This document shows, in pieces, positions 8,201-16,236 of a DNA stretch of 64,000 bases (the first letter of the stretch is position 1; every line of letters begins with the position of its first letter). Source of the DNA: an uncultured bacterium. GTDB taxonomy: Bacteria; Verrucomicrobiota; Kiritimatiellia; RFP12; UBA3636. The stretch spans positions 22,435 through 86,434 of the forward strand of contig CACWKU010000001.1 of NCBI GenBank assembly GCA_902761575.1, written 5' to 3'. Under the pieces are notes generated by a model. The model had not been told where the DNA came from, made no database searches, and saw nothing but the letters and a program-made list of their open reading frames with translations. The position numbers were made by a program, and so were the translations under genes.

Positions 8201-10795
8201 CCACTTGACGTCGTTCGGGCACTGGGGGACGAGAAGCTTGTAGCCGCTTGGGCCGCCCGCGCCGTCGAGGTAGCGCTGAATGTTCGACATCTCGTTGATC
8301 GTGAACGAATTGTCGACGCCGCACTGGCCGTATCCGTGAAGGAACACGACGACGGGAACCTTGCCGCCGTTCGGATCGGCCTTCGCCGCGACGCGGTAGG
8401 GGAGCTGAAGCTTGTTGGACGCGATGAAGGTCTTCTTGACGAATTCGCCGGTCAGGTCGTCGCCGCCGCCACCACCGCCGCCGCCGCCACCGCCGAGCTC
8501 GCGGAGCTGAATGGCCTTGACGAGGCATTTGCTGCCGGAGGTGGCGAACGTGACGGTCACGGTCTCCTGCGCGCCCGTCGCCTCGAACACGCGCGAAATG
8601 ACGGCGCCGCACTTGTAGTCGTTCTGCTTGGTGGCCTCGAACGGAACGAGATCGCCGGCGGAGAGCGTCGTCGAGGAATTGTTCCAGTGGTTGGCGGCGA
8701 GAATCTGGACCAGGTACTTCTTCCCGGCCGTGAGCCCCTGGAGGGTGAAGGCAAGGTCCAGCGAGGAGTCGCTCTTCTCCCACACCCAGCCGCCGTTGAA
8801 CACCGGGTTGTTCTCCGTCCAGCCCGCGCCGGCGTACGACGAGGGCGAGACCGTCGCCTGGTCCGAGCCCGGGAAGCCCGCGGAGAACGAGACGCCGTTG
8901 ACAGTGTGCCCGGTGAAGCCGCGCGCGAAGACCTGCGTGCCGTCGCTGCGGAACGCCGAGCCCGTCGCGTCCATCGGCGCGACCTTCCAGCCGACGGCGT
9001 CGGCCTGGGAATCGATCTGGAACTTGACGCGCTTCACGGCGGACATCACGACGCCGTCCGACGAAACCCAGACCGCGCAGGTGTGCCAGCCGTCGGCGAG
9101 GTCCGCGAGCTCGAACGAGGCCGAGGAGCCCGTCTCCGCCGCGGGAAGCGCCGTCTCGGCGCCCGCGTCGAGCTTGTAGGAGACCGCGAAGGACGCAGCG
9201 GCCGCGCCGCTCGCGTCCGTGCCCTTCGTCACGTTCGAAAGCGAGATCGTCGCCGACGTGCCGCTGACCTGCGCGGCGGCGGAGCCGATCGTCGGAAGCA
9301 CGACGGGCGAGGCGCCGGCCGTCGCCATCGCGCTGGCGATCGCGGGCGCGAGGATCTCCTCGTAGGCCTTCGTGGTCAGGTGCAGGAACTGGTCGGGATA
9401 GTCGCCGTTGCCCTGGAGGTACATCTCGCCGCGGTACGTCCCGTCGGCGTTCAGGAACTGGCTGCGGACGTCGACGAGGATCACGCGCTCTCCGTCCGCG
9501 AACGTCCGGATGATCTCGTTCGCCGCCTCGTTGTTGGCGTAGTGCGCGGCGCCCTTCGCGCCGTTCTGCGCGTTCGTGTAGCCGTAGGGGATGATCGGCA
9601 TCAGGAGGACCTTCGACTCGGGATGCTTCGCGAGGATGAGGTCGAGCACGGCGCGCACGCCCGCGGCGATGTCCGCGGGATCCTCGCTCGGATTCTTCCC
9701 GATCGTGTTGTTCGTGCCGATCAGCAGGTTGAAGAACTTCGTCGTGTAGCCGTCGATGCAGCCGCTCTCGAGGCGCCACAGCAGGTTCTCCACGAAGTCG
9801 CCGGTCCGGCCGAGGTTCAGGACGTTGGCGGCGAGTCCGTTCATGGACGAGGCGCTGTTCCCCTCCATCCACTTCTGAGTGAGGGAGTCGCCGAGGAGGA
9901 CGAGATCGAAGCTCCGGCCGTTTTCGCCGATGAGCTTCAGGTCGTCCTCGAACTTCCGCCAGAAGGCGTCCTGCAGATCGGCGTTGACCGCCGTCGGGAA
10001 CGTCGCGATGCGGTCGATCTCGGGACGCGCCGTCGCCACGAGGTCGGCGGGCATCGCGGAGCCGCCCGCCGCGGCGGCGACGTAGGGCGCGACCGCCTGG
10101 GCCCAGACCTCGTAGCCGGCCGCGTTCAGCGTGACGCGGTCGGCATTGAAGAGCGAGGTCTTCAGCGTGTGGTGGTCGTTCTCGAGGAAGAGGTCCGACA
10201 TGTCCACCCAGGCGCATCCCTTCTTCTGCGCGTACGCGCGAACGTCGATGTTCAGGCGGTCGTTGCGCGGACGCACGGGATCGGACTCGTCGAGCCCGCG
10301 CGGAAGCACCGCCTGCACGACGACCTTGGACGCGCCAACGCTTGCGACGAGGTCGTCGATGATTTCGCGCACGCCCAGGTACGTCTTCCCCTCCGGCTCC
10401 TCCTTCTCGGTGTAGATCGCGGCGTTGTTGCCGCCGACCATCAGGAAGACGACCTTGGGGCTGCCGAGCTCGCCGTTCCGGATGCGCCAGAGGACGTTCT
10501 CCGTGCAGTCGCCGGCGAAGCCGAGGTTGAACATTGTCCTGTCGCCGGTGAAGTAGGTCGCGAGCGCGCCCGCGCCCGTCGTCTCCCAGTCCTGCGTCAG
10601 CTCGTCGCCGAGGAAGACGATGTCCTTCCTGATGGAACTGTCGGCCACCGCCGCGACCTTCTCGGCGTGGCGCGCCGTCCACCAGGCGTCGAGCCGCGAG
10701 GCGGGGGTGTTCGCGCGGATGGACACCGCGGGTGCGTTCACAGCGGCCATCGCGAGGATCGCCGCGGACAGGAACGTGAAGGAGTGGGGTTTCAT
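5249..10795 (-). CDS. Giant secreted multi-esterase (1848 aa): 2 SGNH domains, an alpha/beta (CE1/PHB-depolymerase-like) esterase, 4 Ig-like repeats, 3 'QVR' modules, poly-Gly linkers and a conserved C-terminal tail
   Basis: Track ORF 5249..10888 trimmed to the ATG at 10795 (MKPHSFTFLSAAILAMAAVNAPA signal peptide). Motifs: IVFLGDELTQDW and LVLLGDSLTQKW/GTNN (SGNH); VVVFLHGYGQCG and GLSMGGHGTW (Ser-hydrolase elbow). Gly runs of 9-11 residues. Modules end KAIQLRELG, NAVQVRELD and ALQVRDLGE. The tail ends HHFYRAILTR. Confidence 0.9.
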   Translation of the reverse strand: MKPHSFTFLSAAILAMAAVNAPAVSIRANTPASRLDAWWTARHAEKVAAVADSSIRKDIVFLGDELTQDWETTGAGALATYFTGDRTMFNLGFAGDCTENVLWRIRNGELGSPKVVFLMVGGNNAAIYTEKEEPEGKTYLGVREIIDDLVASVGASKVVVQAVLPRGLDESDPVRPRNDRLNIDVRAYAQKKGCAWVDMSDLFLENDHHTLKTSLFNADRVTLNAAGYEVWAQAVAPYVAAAAGGSAMPADLVATARPEIDRIATFPTAVNADLQDAFWRKFEDDLKLIGENGRSFDLVLLGDSLTQKWMEGNSASSMNGLAANVLNLGRTGDFVENLLWRLESGCIDGYTTKFFNLLIGTNNTIGKNPSEDPADIAAGVRAVLDLILAKHPESKVLLMPIIPYGYTNAQNGAKGAAHYANNEAANEIIRTFADGERVILVDVRSQFLNADGTYRGEMYLQGNGDYPDQFLHLTTKAYEEILAPAIASAMATAGASPVVLPTIGSAAAQVSGTSATISLSNVTKGTDASGAAAASFAVSYKLDAGAETALPAAETGSSASFELADLADGWHTCAVWVSSDGVVMSAVKRVKFQIDSQADAVGWKVAPMDATGSAFRSDGTQVFARGFTGHTVNGVSFSAGFPGSDQATVSPSSYAGAGWTENNPVFNGGWVWEKSDSSLDLAFTLQGLTAGKKYLVQILAANHWNNSSTTLSAGDLVPFEATKQNDYKCGAVISRVFEATGAQETVTVTFATSGSKCLVKAIQLRELGGGGGGGGGGGDDLTGEFVKKTFIASNKLQLPYRVAAKADPNGGKVPVVVFLHGYGQCGVDNSFTINEMSNIQRYLDGAGGPSGYKLLVPQCPNDVKWAEFSMNSTTCTFQDKPSAALQAVFDLLDAYAAMADVDADRIYVTGLSMGGHGTWDAICRRPDFFAAAMPCCGGGDPACAADIAHVPVLAVHNRGDPTIPVEQTEGIVTALRALGSDVIFEKLENNSHDAWTTCYATEDDVTAGAPNHRFVWMFAQNRATNNRPKYPRIAELAAAPSGSNATISLTGVVLGTDANSVPATKYSVAYKLDGAAAVTALSDQTSEDCSFTLEGLADGNHTCEVTMTTDKGRAKTKSVVFYVNTSAVSDVWTSGYMDAGGTAFSTEGTFVYGYVCNGGTINGIPFERSVNLQSSENPPKISFTPNIDGFTGDFMNESVGGNLGLSLGNGWYWDSDGSGTHTVTLTLSNLEGGKIYLVQFLAHNYWNNTTTVSANGCDPVHIHGDNEASGKYGALVTGVFTAVGATKDVTITYQGGSGKMPFNAVQVRELDGGGGGGGGGGATVVEPSIGSVTATPDGSTASLFLSGIVMGTDDAGTDATSYSVSYALNGGTAVTALQNQTGATASFAIENLADGDYTCVVTIATDKGKTSAAKSVSFRIGTPPPPVIAPSIAAATANVAGSNATVTLSGIVLGTDDAGAAASSYSVSYALNGGTAVAALANQTDDTASFSIENLADGSYACAVTVTTDKGKTATKSVSFAVNTSGGGGSVVEGWTVATLSASDETMLRTDGTLLYAYRGASTDRTLGGVTFQAGANLSGASISFAPTFVGADVSAGSSSLLGTVWDFGVDTGMGEIHLTLSGLTAGHAYLLQILARNSYGNAYITIGDLPSVSIQNGNGSSGATVYGSFTAESSSHVVTFKMGGSGAARYVAALQVRDLGEAGGGGFQDWPEDPDTAITDATSPADLGLTGGAFAEAGTTTAELRRLSKWARANGVPFGGADVNAMSFDADGNPDNALSAAYLLNCAVAGLDEAKSAFRFAGIDPGTVPAIAGTYNGTVTVFGADALSGPWQPATDQHHFYRAILTR

Positions 10796-10883
10796 CGTGA
10801 GCCTCGTGCTTTGGTTGCGTGCCCTTTCCGCACGCGTGCCGAATCCGGCCACGCGATGGCGATGGCTCCGTTCGACACCGCGA

Positions 10884-10940
10884 ATCATACCGCCGCGCCC
10901 GCCCGTTCGGCTAGGTAGATTCGCGGCGGATATCAGTAAA
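10884..10940 (-). promoter_or_regulatory. Tripartite upstream cassette copy 2 (putative promoter of 5249..10795 and the GH27 gene)
   Basis: TTTACT (10940-10935), N18, ACCTAG (10916-10911), N21, TATGAT (10889-10884). Confidence 0.55.
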
Positions 10941-10963
10941 GAGACGGCTATACGCGCACTCGC

Positions 10964-12616
10964 CTAGCGCGTCAGGTCGCGGACCTGGATGGCGTTGAGG
11001 GCGTAGTTGTTGTCGGCGCAGACGGTGATCGTCTTCGTGGGCGCGGTCGCCGTGAAGGTTCCCGTGAGCACGCCGCCGCGGGCCCAGCCGTCGCCGCAGA
11101 CCTTGATGTAGTTCGTGTCCCGGAACGACTCCTTGATCCAGACGTGCGACTTCTCGTAGCCGTTGAAGTCGCGGAAGCCGACGATCTGGACGAGGTAGCG
11201 GTGGCCGGGCACGAGGTTCCGGAGCGTCACCTCCTTCTCGCCCGCGTTCGCCCACCAGCAGTGGGCCAGCAGGTCGCGGAGCCCGCCGCCCACGACGTCC
11301 GCCGGGACCTGCGAGCCGGAGGTCGGCCCGTAGGGCCAGGCGATGTTCGCGTCGTCGATGGCGCCGTTCGCGGCGGCGAAGGGAACGGAATGGGCCGTGT
11401 AGGTGCCGCTCCCGACGGCGTACGCGCAGACGAGCGTCCCGTCCGTCCGAATCGCGCCGCCGTCGGCGGAGAGCGCCTCGCCCCGCCAGTCCTCGGTCAT
11501 CGTGAAGTCGACCGAGGTCGAGAGCTCCCTGCCGTCCGCGGTCGTGACGGTCACCTTGCAGGTGTGCGCGCCGAGCGCGACGTCCGGGATCGTGAACGAG
11601 TTGCGCGTCTTCGTCTGGTTCGAGAGGACCGGCTTCCTCGGCCCGCCGTCGAGCTCGTAGGCGACCGAGTAGGACGCGACGGGAACGGCCTTCGCGTCCG
11701 TCCCGAGGAAGATGCCGCGGACCGTGATCGTCGCGGTCCCCGGGCCGTCCGCGTTCGGCGCGGCCGACGCGTAGCCGAGCGAGGGGTCCGCCACGTGGGG
11801 CCGGCCCGCGGGGATCGCGCGGTACTTCTGCATCGCGGCCGTCAGGGCGGGCTTCCAGATGGCGGGATAGGCGGAGTCGGCCGGATGCAGGCAGTGCCCC
11901 TTCGAATCGTAGACGCCGGCCTTGTAGCAGCTCTCCTTGCAGGAGGCGTCGGGGTTGAGGAACGCGCCGCGCAGGTCCACCCAGAACACGCGACTGTTGT
12001 CGACGAACCCCAGGATGATGTCGTTGACGTCCTCGTTCACGTTGCGGACGTCGAGCGCCGCGTAGTACCGGCTCTCGAACCCGTAGGGCAGGATCGGCAT
12101 CAGGAGGATCTTCGACTCGGGGTGCTTCGCCACGATCTCGCGCAGGATGAGCCGGATCGACTCGGCGACGTCCTCCGCGCGGTCGCAGGGGTCGTCGTGG
12201 TTGTCGACGTGCTTCTGGTAGCCGTTGTTCACGCCGATCATCAGCGTGAAGTACTCCGCCTGGTAGCCGTCGAGCGCGCCGTTCCGGACGCGCCAGAGCA
12301 GGTTCTGCGCGCGGTCGCTGCCGATGCCCATGTTGATCGTCCTGCCGGCATCCCCGTCGAAGCTCAGGTTCGAGTAGACCCAGAAGTCGGTGATGGAGTC
12401 GCCGAAGAGGACGGCGTCGAACGACTTGCCCTGGCTCTGGCTGCGGTCGTCTTCGAAGTGGCGAACGCCGTACTCGTCCGTGCGACGCGCCGGCGTGCAC
12501 GGCTCCGAATCCGGGTTTGAGCCCGGCACGGGGACGTCGAGCGGTCCGCCGAACGCGGCGGTCGCGGCGACCGCGAGGATCGCCGAGGAGAGGAGCGGGA
12601 GGGCGTGGAGCTTCAT
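10964..12616 (-). CDS. Secreted SGNH/GDSL esterase with one Ig-like repeat and one 'QVR' module (550 aa)
   Basis: Track ORF. Signal peptide MKLHALPLLSSAILAVAATAAFG. Motifs AVLFGDSITDFW and GVNNG. Ends ..NYALNAIQVRDLTR. Collinear with the N-terminal 550 aa of the gene at 1..2975. Confidence 0.9.
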   Translation of the reverse strand: MKLHALPLLSSAILAVAATAAFGGPLDVPVPGSNPDSEPCTPARRTDEYGVRHFEDDRSQSQGKSFDAVLFGDSITDFWVYSNLSFDGDAGRTINMGIGSDRAQNLLWRVRNGALDGYQAEYFTLMIGVNNGYQKHVDNHDDPCDRAEDVAESIRLILREIVAKHPESKILLMPILPYGFESRYYAALDVRNVNEDVNDIILGFVDNSRVFWVDLRGAFLNPDASCKESCYKAGVYDSKGHCLHPADSAYPAIWKPALTAAMQKYRAIPAGRPHVADPSLGYASAAPNADGPGTATITVRGIFLGTDAKAVPVASYSVAYELDGGPRKPVLSNQTKTRNSFTIPDVALGAHTCKVTVTTADGRELSTSVDFTMTEDWRGEALSADGGAIRTDGTLVCAYAVGSGTYTAHSVPFAAANGAIDDANIAWPYGPTSGSQVPADVVGGGLRDLLAHCWWANAGEKEVTLRNLVPGHRYLVQIVGFRDFNGYEKSHVWIKESFRDTNYIKVCGDGWARGGVLTGTFTATAPTKTITVCADNNYALNAIQVRDLTR

Positions 12617-12690
12617 CGTGTGCCTCGTGTTGCTTGGGTTGTCGCCGCCGGGTCCGCCGCGATGGCGGGGACGCCGTCCGACAAGCCGGC

Positions 12691-12747
12691 ATTCTACCCG
12701 TACCGGCCTTTCGGCGGAAAGGGAGTCGCCCGGCGATATCGGGTAAA
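12691..12747 (-). promoter_or_regulatory. Tripartite upstream cassette copy 3 (putative promoter of 10964..12616)
   Basis: TTTACC (12747-12742), N18, CCCTTT (12723-12718), N21, TAGAAT (12696-12691). Confidence 0.55.
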
Positions 12748-12803
12748 TTTCGGCCAGTCCGCCGAAGCGGGCGCGGCGCGACGCCTCGGTTCGGGCGCCC
12801 CGG

Positions 12804-14384
12804 TCAGCGGGTCAGGATCGCCTGGAAGAAGCGGTGCTCGGCCGTGGCGGGCGCCCACGCGCCGCCGAGGTCGTCCGCGCCGAGGACCGTCACGCTGCCG
12901 TTGAGGCCGGAGGCGTCGATGGACGGCACCGTCCCGGGCGTGAACTCCGTGAAGCGGAACGCGGCCTTCCTCGCGTCCAGGTCGCCGACGCCGCAGCCGA
13001 GCAGGTACGCCGTCGTGAGATCGGTGTCCGGGTTGCCCGATTCGTCGAAGGCCATCGCGTTCACGTCCGCGCCGGCGTAGCGCACGCCGTTCGCGCTCGC
13101 CCACTTCGAGAGCCTGCGCAGCTCCGCCGTCGTGGTGGCGGACTCCGCGAAGCCGCCCGCGACGAGGCCCAGGTCGATCGGCCGCATCGCGTCCGTGATC
13201 TGCGCGTCGGGATCCTCGGGCCAGTCGAGAAACGGCGGAACGGTCGGACCGCCCTCGTCGGGAAGGCCCGTCAGCGTCAGCGCGCAGAGGCGGGGGACGG
13301 TCACCGCCCTAAAGGTCATGCCGTAGACCGTCTTCTCCTTGGTCTCGCCGCCGTCCGAGACGAGGAAGACGGCGCGAGTGCCGTCACCGAGGATCGGTCC
13401 GAGCGCGATGCCCTCGTAGACGATGATCTGCTCAAGCCCCCCGCCCCGAAACTCCAGCAGGGCGCTTCCCTTCGAGACCGCCTCGTAAGCGTCCGTCTCC
13501 GTCAGCGCGGCAATCTCCGAGACTTCCGTCGCCGCGGCAAGGGCGGCTGTCGTGATCCGGTAGACGCGACAGCGCCCGAAGGTCGTGGTGCTCACCTCGC
13601 GCTCGAGGGTCAACAGCGACCCGTCCGGCAGCGCGCACAGTCCGGAGAGGCCGCACTGGGAGAACTGGGCGAGCTGCGAGATGAGGACCGACGAGCACGG
13701 GTCGCACAGGTAGGCCCATTCGCCGGCCGACTCCCAGTCAGCCTCCGCCGACTCGCGCGTGAAGCGCGTCAGGCGTACGGCGGTGCTCACGGTGCTGTTG
13801 CCGCTCGAGGAATCGCCGTCGCACGTGAGCGCCTGCTCGTTGGCCGTCCACATCGTGAGCCCATCCGGCGAAACCGTGAGCGCCTCGAGCGAAAGGTTGG
13901 ACCGTTTGTAGTTGCGCTGGACGGCGGGAACCGGGGCGGTCCGCCCCGTGGCGACGCCGTCGAGGCCGTATTCGGCGATCGTCGGGGAGGCTTCGTCGCT
14001 GATCCACAGCGCTCCGGTCTGCGGGTCGAGGGCGATCCCCTCCGCGTCGGTGAGCGTCCCGGGCGTGAACTCCGCGCCGATCGACTGGGCGGCGATGGCG
14101 CCGGAGGCGGGATTGATCGCGAACGAAACCGGATAGACCTTCGACTTGTTGTCGCCCGCGTGGTCGCGCAGCACGTAGAAGACGCCGGCTCGCCCGGACC
14201 AGGCGATGCCGCCGCATCCGTCCTTCTCGAAGGAATACTCGGCGACCTTCTCGATCGAAAGCGAGTAGTCGGAGTCCGGACCGGCGACGATCTCTCGGCT
14301 CGCGGCGTGCGCGAGGGAGGCGCCCAGGACGATGGCGAGCGCGACGGCGGGAATGGCATGCATGGCGGGACTTGGGCTGGACAT
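12804..14384 (-). CDS. Secreted phytase-like/esterase-like beta-propeller protein with a conserved C-terminal tail (526 aa)
   Basis: Track ORF. Signal peptide ..AIPAVALAIVLGASLAHAAS. Propeller-style repeats (DAEGIALDPQTGALWISDE, LEALTVSPDGLTMWTANE, LSGLCALPDGSLLTLERE) resemble the 'esterase-like activity of phytase' family as I recall it. The last ~140 aa are homologous to the tail of 5249..10795 (..TTTAELRRLSKWA.ANGV..FFQAILTR). An alternative start exists at 14363. Confidence 0.75.
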   Translation of the reverse strand: MSSPSPAMHAIPAVALAIVLGASLAHAASREIVAGPDSDYSLSIEKVAEYSFEKDGCGGIAWSGRAGVFYVLRDHAGDNKSKVYPVSFAINPASGAIAAQSIGAEFTPGTLTDAEGIALDPQTGALWISDEASPTIAEYGLDGVATGRTAPVPAVQRNYKRSNLSLEALTVSPDGLTMWTANEQALTCDGDSSSGNSTVSTAVRLTRFTRESAEADWESAGEWAYLCDPCSSVLISQLAQFSQCGLSGLCALPDGSLLTLEREVSTTTFGRCRVYRITTAALAAATEVSEIAALTETDAYEAVSKGSALLEFRGGGLEQIIVYEGIALGPILGDGTRAVFLVSDGGETKEKTVYGMTFRAVTVPRLCALTLTGLPDEGGPTVPPFLDWPEDPDAQITDAMRPIDLGLVAGGFAESATTTAELRRLSKWASANGVRYAGADVNAMAFDESGNPDTDLTTAYLLGCGVGDLDARKAAFRFTEFTPGTVPSIDASGLNGSVTVLGADDLGGAWAPATAEHRFFQAILTR

Positions 14385-14444
14385 GGCTGTCGATTCGCGG
14401 CTTCTCCGGCGCGACCGCCGGGCGGTCGCGTCGAACGGAACCCG

Positions 14445-14473
14445 ATTTTACCCAAGCTCCGGCCGCAAGGCAA
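14445..14473 (-). promoter_or_regulatory. Sigma70-like promoter for 12804..14384
   Basis: Sense strand: TTGCCT, 17 nt, TAAAAT. The -10 lies ~60 nt upstream of the ATG at 14384. Confidence 0.45.
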
Positions 14474-14494
14474 ACGCGAGCGGCGGCGGCGCTG

Positions 14495-14523
14495 TTGCCG
14501 TGCGCGGGGCGGTCTGCTAGCAT
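14495..14523 (+). promoter_or_regulatory. Sigma70-like promoter for 14533..16236, with the -10 only 9 nt from the ATG (very short or absent leader)
   Basis: TTGCCG (14495-14500), 17 nt, TAGCAT (14518-14523), preceded by TGc (extended -10). Confidence 0.45.
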
Positions 14524-14532
14524 CCCCCCGCC

Positions 14533-16236
14533 ATGAGCACGATGAAACCCTTCGATCCCGCCGTCGCGGAGCGCCAGCCGGTCTGGCCCGCCGGAGAGAT
14601 GCCCGACCGCCAGCCCCACCAGATCGCCGCGATGACCGACGAGGCGGAAGCCCCCGGCTTCGACCCCGCCGCGCACACGGAGCCCTTCCTCGACTGGTAT
14701 CCGCCGCCCGCGAACCCCATCGGAGCCTGCGCGATCCTCGTCTCCGGCGGCGCCTACCAGAACTGCTGCGACGTGGGCCTGATCAAGGAGTGGCGCGAGC
14801 GCTTCGAGGCGCTCGGCTGCCAGTGCGTGAACTTCGTCTACCGCACGCCGTGGGCGCGCGGGATGGCGATCTACAAGACCGCGTGGGAGGACGCCCGCCG
14901 CGCCGTCCGCCTCGTGCGCTCGCAGGCCGCCGCGCGCGGCTTCGACCCGGAGCGCATCGTCACGGTCTCGATGTCCGCCGGCTCGCACCTCTCGCTGCTC
15001 CTCGCGACGGCGTCGCAGACGAAGGTCTACGAGCCCGTCGACGCGCTCGACGAGATTCCCTGCCACGTGAACGCCGCCGTCGCCTTCGCGCCGGCCGGGA
15101 TGCTCTCCGACGGCCCGATGTGCCCGAACGAGCGCGACGGCGACGGCCTCGACATCGAGCTCGACCCCGCCTTCGCGTTCGACGCGAAGACGCCGCCGGT
15201 CTTCCTCTCGCACGGCGGCGCCGACGCGTACTCGACGTTCAACTCGACGCGCATCTACCGCCGCCTGCGCGCGGCGGGCGTCCCGGCCGAGCTGCACATC
15301 CATCCCGACAAGCCGCACGGCATGTTCGGCCTCGAGCGCGGCGTCGAGTTCCTGCGCCAGATCGGCTTCCTCGGCCCGCTCGGGCCCGAGGTGCCGATCC
15401 TCGAGCGGTTCGCGTCCGACGACGCGCGCGACGGCGCCGCGGAGGCCGCGCCGATCTGGCCGGAGGGGCGCATGCCCCACCCGCAGGCGGACCAGTGCGA
15501 GCCGATCCTCGAGTGGCACCTCCCGAAGAAGCGCACGACCGACGCCATCCAGATCGTCTGGAGCGGCGGCGCCTACCTCGGCAACGACCCGGACGGCTTC
15601 GAGGTCGCGCCCGCGCGGCGCTACCTGAACGGGAAGGGCATGGCCGTCGTCACGGTCCGCTACCGCACGCCGCGCCCCTCCCCTCCCCTCGCCAAGCACG
15701 TCGCGGCGTGGCAGGACGTCCAGCGCGCGGTCCGGCTCGTCCGCGCCGGCGCCGCGGCGCGCGGCCTCGACCCGGACCGCATCGGCGTGATGGGCAGCTC
15801 CGCCGGCGGGCACCTGGCGCTGCTGGCCGCGACCGGCTCGCGCCACCGCACCTACCTTCCGGTCGACGAGACCGACGCCCTACCCTGCACCGTGCAGTGG
15901 TGCGTTGCGATCTACCCGGCCTACACGATCGAGGGCACCTACGACAACGGGACACCCGACGGCTCCAACGACCCGGCGCTGCGCCTCGCCCCGGAGCTGC
16001 CGTTCGACCCCGACACGCCGCCGATCCTCTTCGTGCACGGCGACGCGGACGAACACCCCGCCACGGCATCCGTCGCGACGTGGGAGCAGCTGCGCCGCAT
16101 GGGCGTCCAGGGCGCGGTGCACACGCTCGCCAGGCGCGGCCACTGCTTCTACTTCGCCGCCGCCCCCGGCACCGGCTCCTACACCTTCCTCGACCGGGTC
16201 TGGGAGTTCCTGACGGACAAAGGCTTCAACAAGTAG
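14533..16236 (+). CDS. Tandem-duplicated alpha/beta-hydrolase (two esterase/lipase-like halves in one 567-aa protein), apparently cytoplasmic
   Basis: Track ORF with no signal peptide. The two ~280-aa halves align to each other (TAWEDARRAVRLVRSQAAARGFDPERI vs AAWQDVQRAVRLVRAGAAARGLDPDRI). Each half carries a nucleophile elbow (SMSAGSH, GSSAGGH) and an HG(G/D)AD block. Confidence 0.85.
   Translation: MSTMKPFDPAVAERQPVWPAGEMPDRQPHQIAAMTDEAEAPGFDPAAHTEPFLDWYPPPANPIGACAILVSGGAYQNCCDVGLIKEWRERFEALGCQCVNFVYRTPWARGMAIYKTAWEDARRAVRLVRSQAAARGFDPERIVTVSMSAGSHLSLLLATASQTKVYEPVDALDEIPCHVNAAVAFAPAGMLSDGPMCPNERDGDGLDIELDPAFAFDAKTPPVFLSHGGADAYSTFNSTRIYRRLRAAGVPAELHIHPDKPHGMFGLERGVEFLRQIGFLGPLGPEVPILERFASDDARDGAAEAAPIWPEGRMPHPQADQCEPILEWHLPKKRTTDAIQIVWSGGAYLGNDPDGFEVAPARRYLNGKGMAVVTVRYRTPRPSPPLAKHVAAWQDVQRAVRLVRAGAAARGLDPDRIGVMGSSAGGHLALLAATGSRHRTYLPVDETDALPCTVQWCVAIYPAYTIEGTYDNGTPDGSNDPALRLAPELPFDPDTPPILFVHGDADEHPATASVATWEQLRRMGVQGAVHTLARRGHCFYFAAAPGTGSYTFLDRVWEFLTDKGFNK

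Noticed and set aside
6906-10682. Long same-strand alternate-frame ORFs (6906..10682, 42065..47308, 50351..53209, 21595..23958, 56723..60088, 61742..63103, 13738..15846, 30277..31878, 10911..12692 and others)
   Set aside because: They are Arg/Pro/Gly-rich nonsense that overlaps motif-bearing frames, as expected when stop codons are rare.
14445-14452. TTTTACCC on the plus strand upstream of the tandem esterase, as an 11th cassette copy
   Set aside because: Its distance to the plus-strand -10 (TAGCAT at 14518) is 65 nt, not 44-45, and there is no CCT block at +18. On the minus strand the same bases read GGGTAAAAT, and they fit a TTGCCT-17-TAAAAT promoter for the divergent gene.
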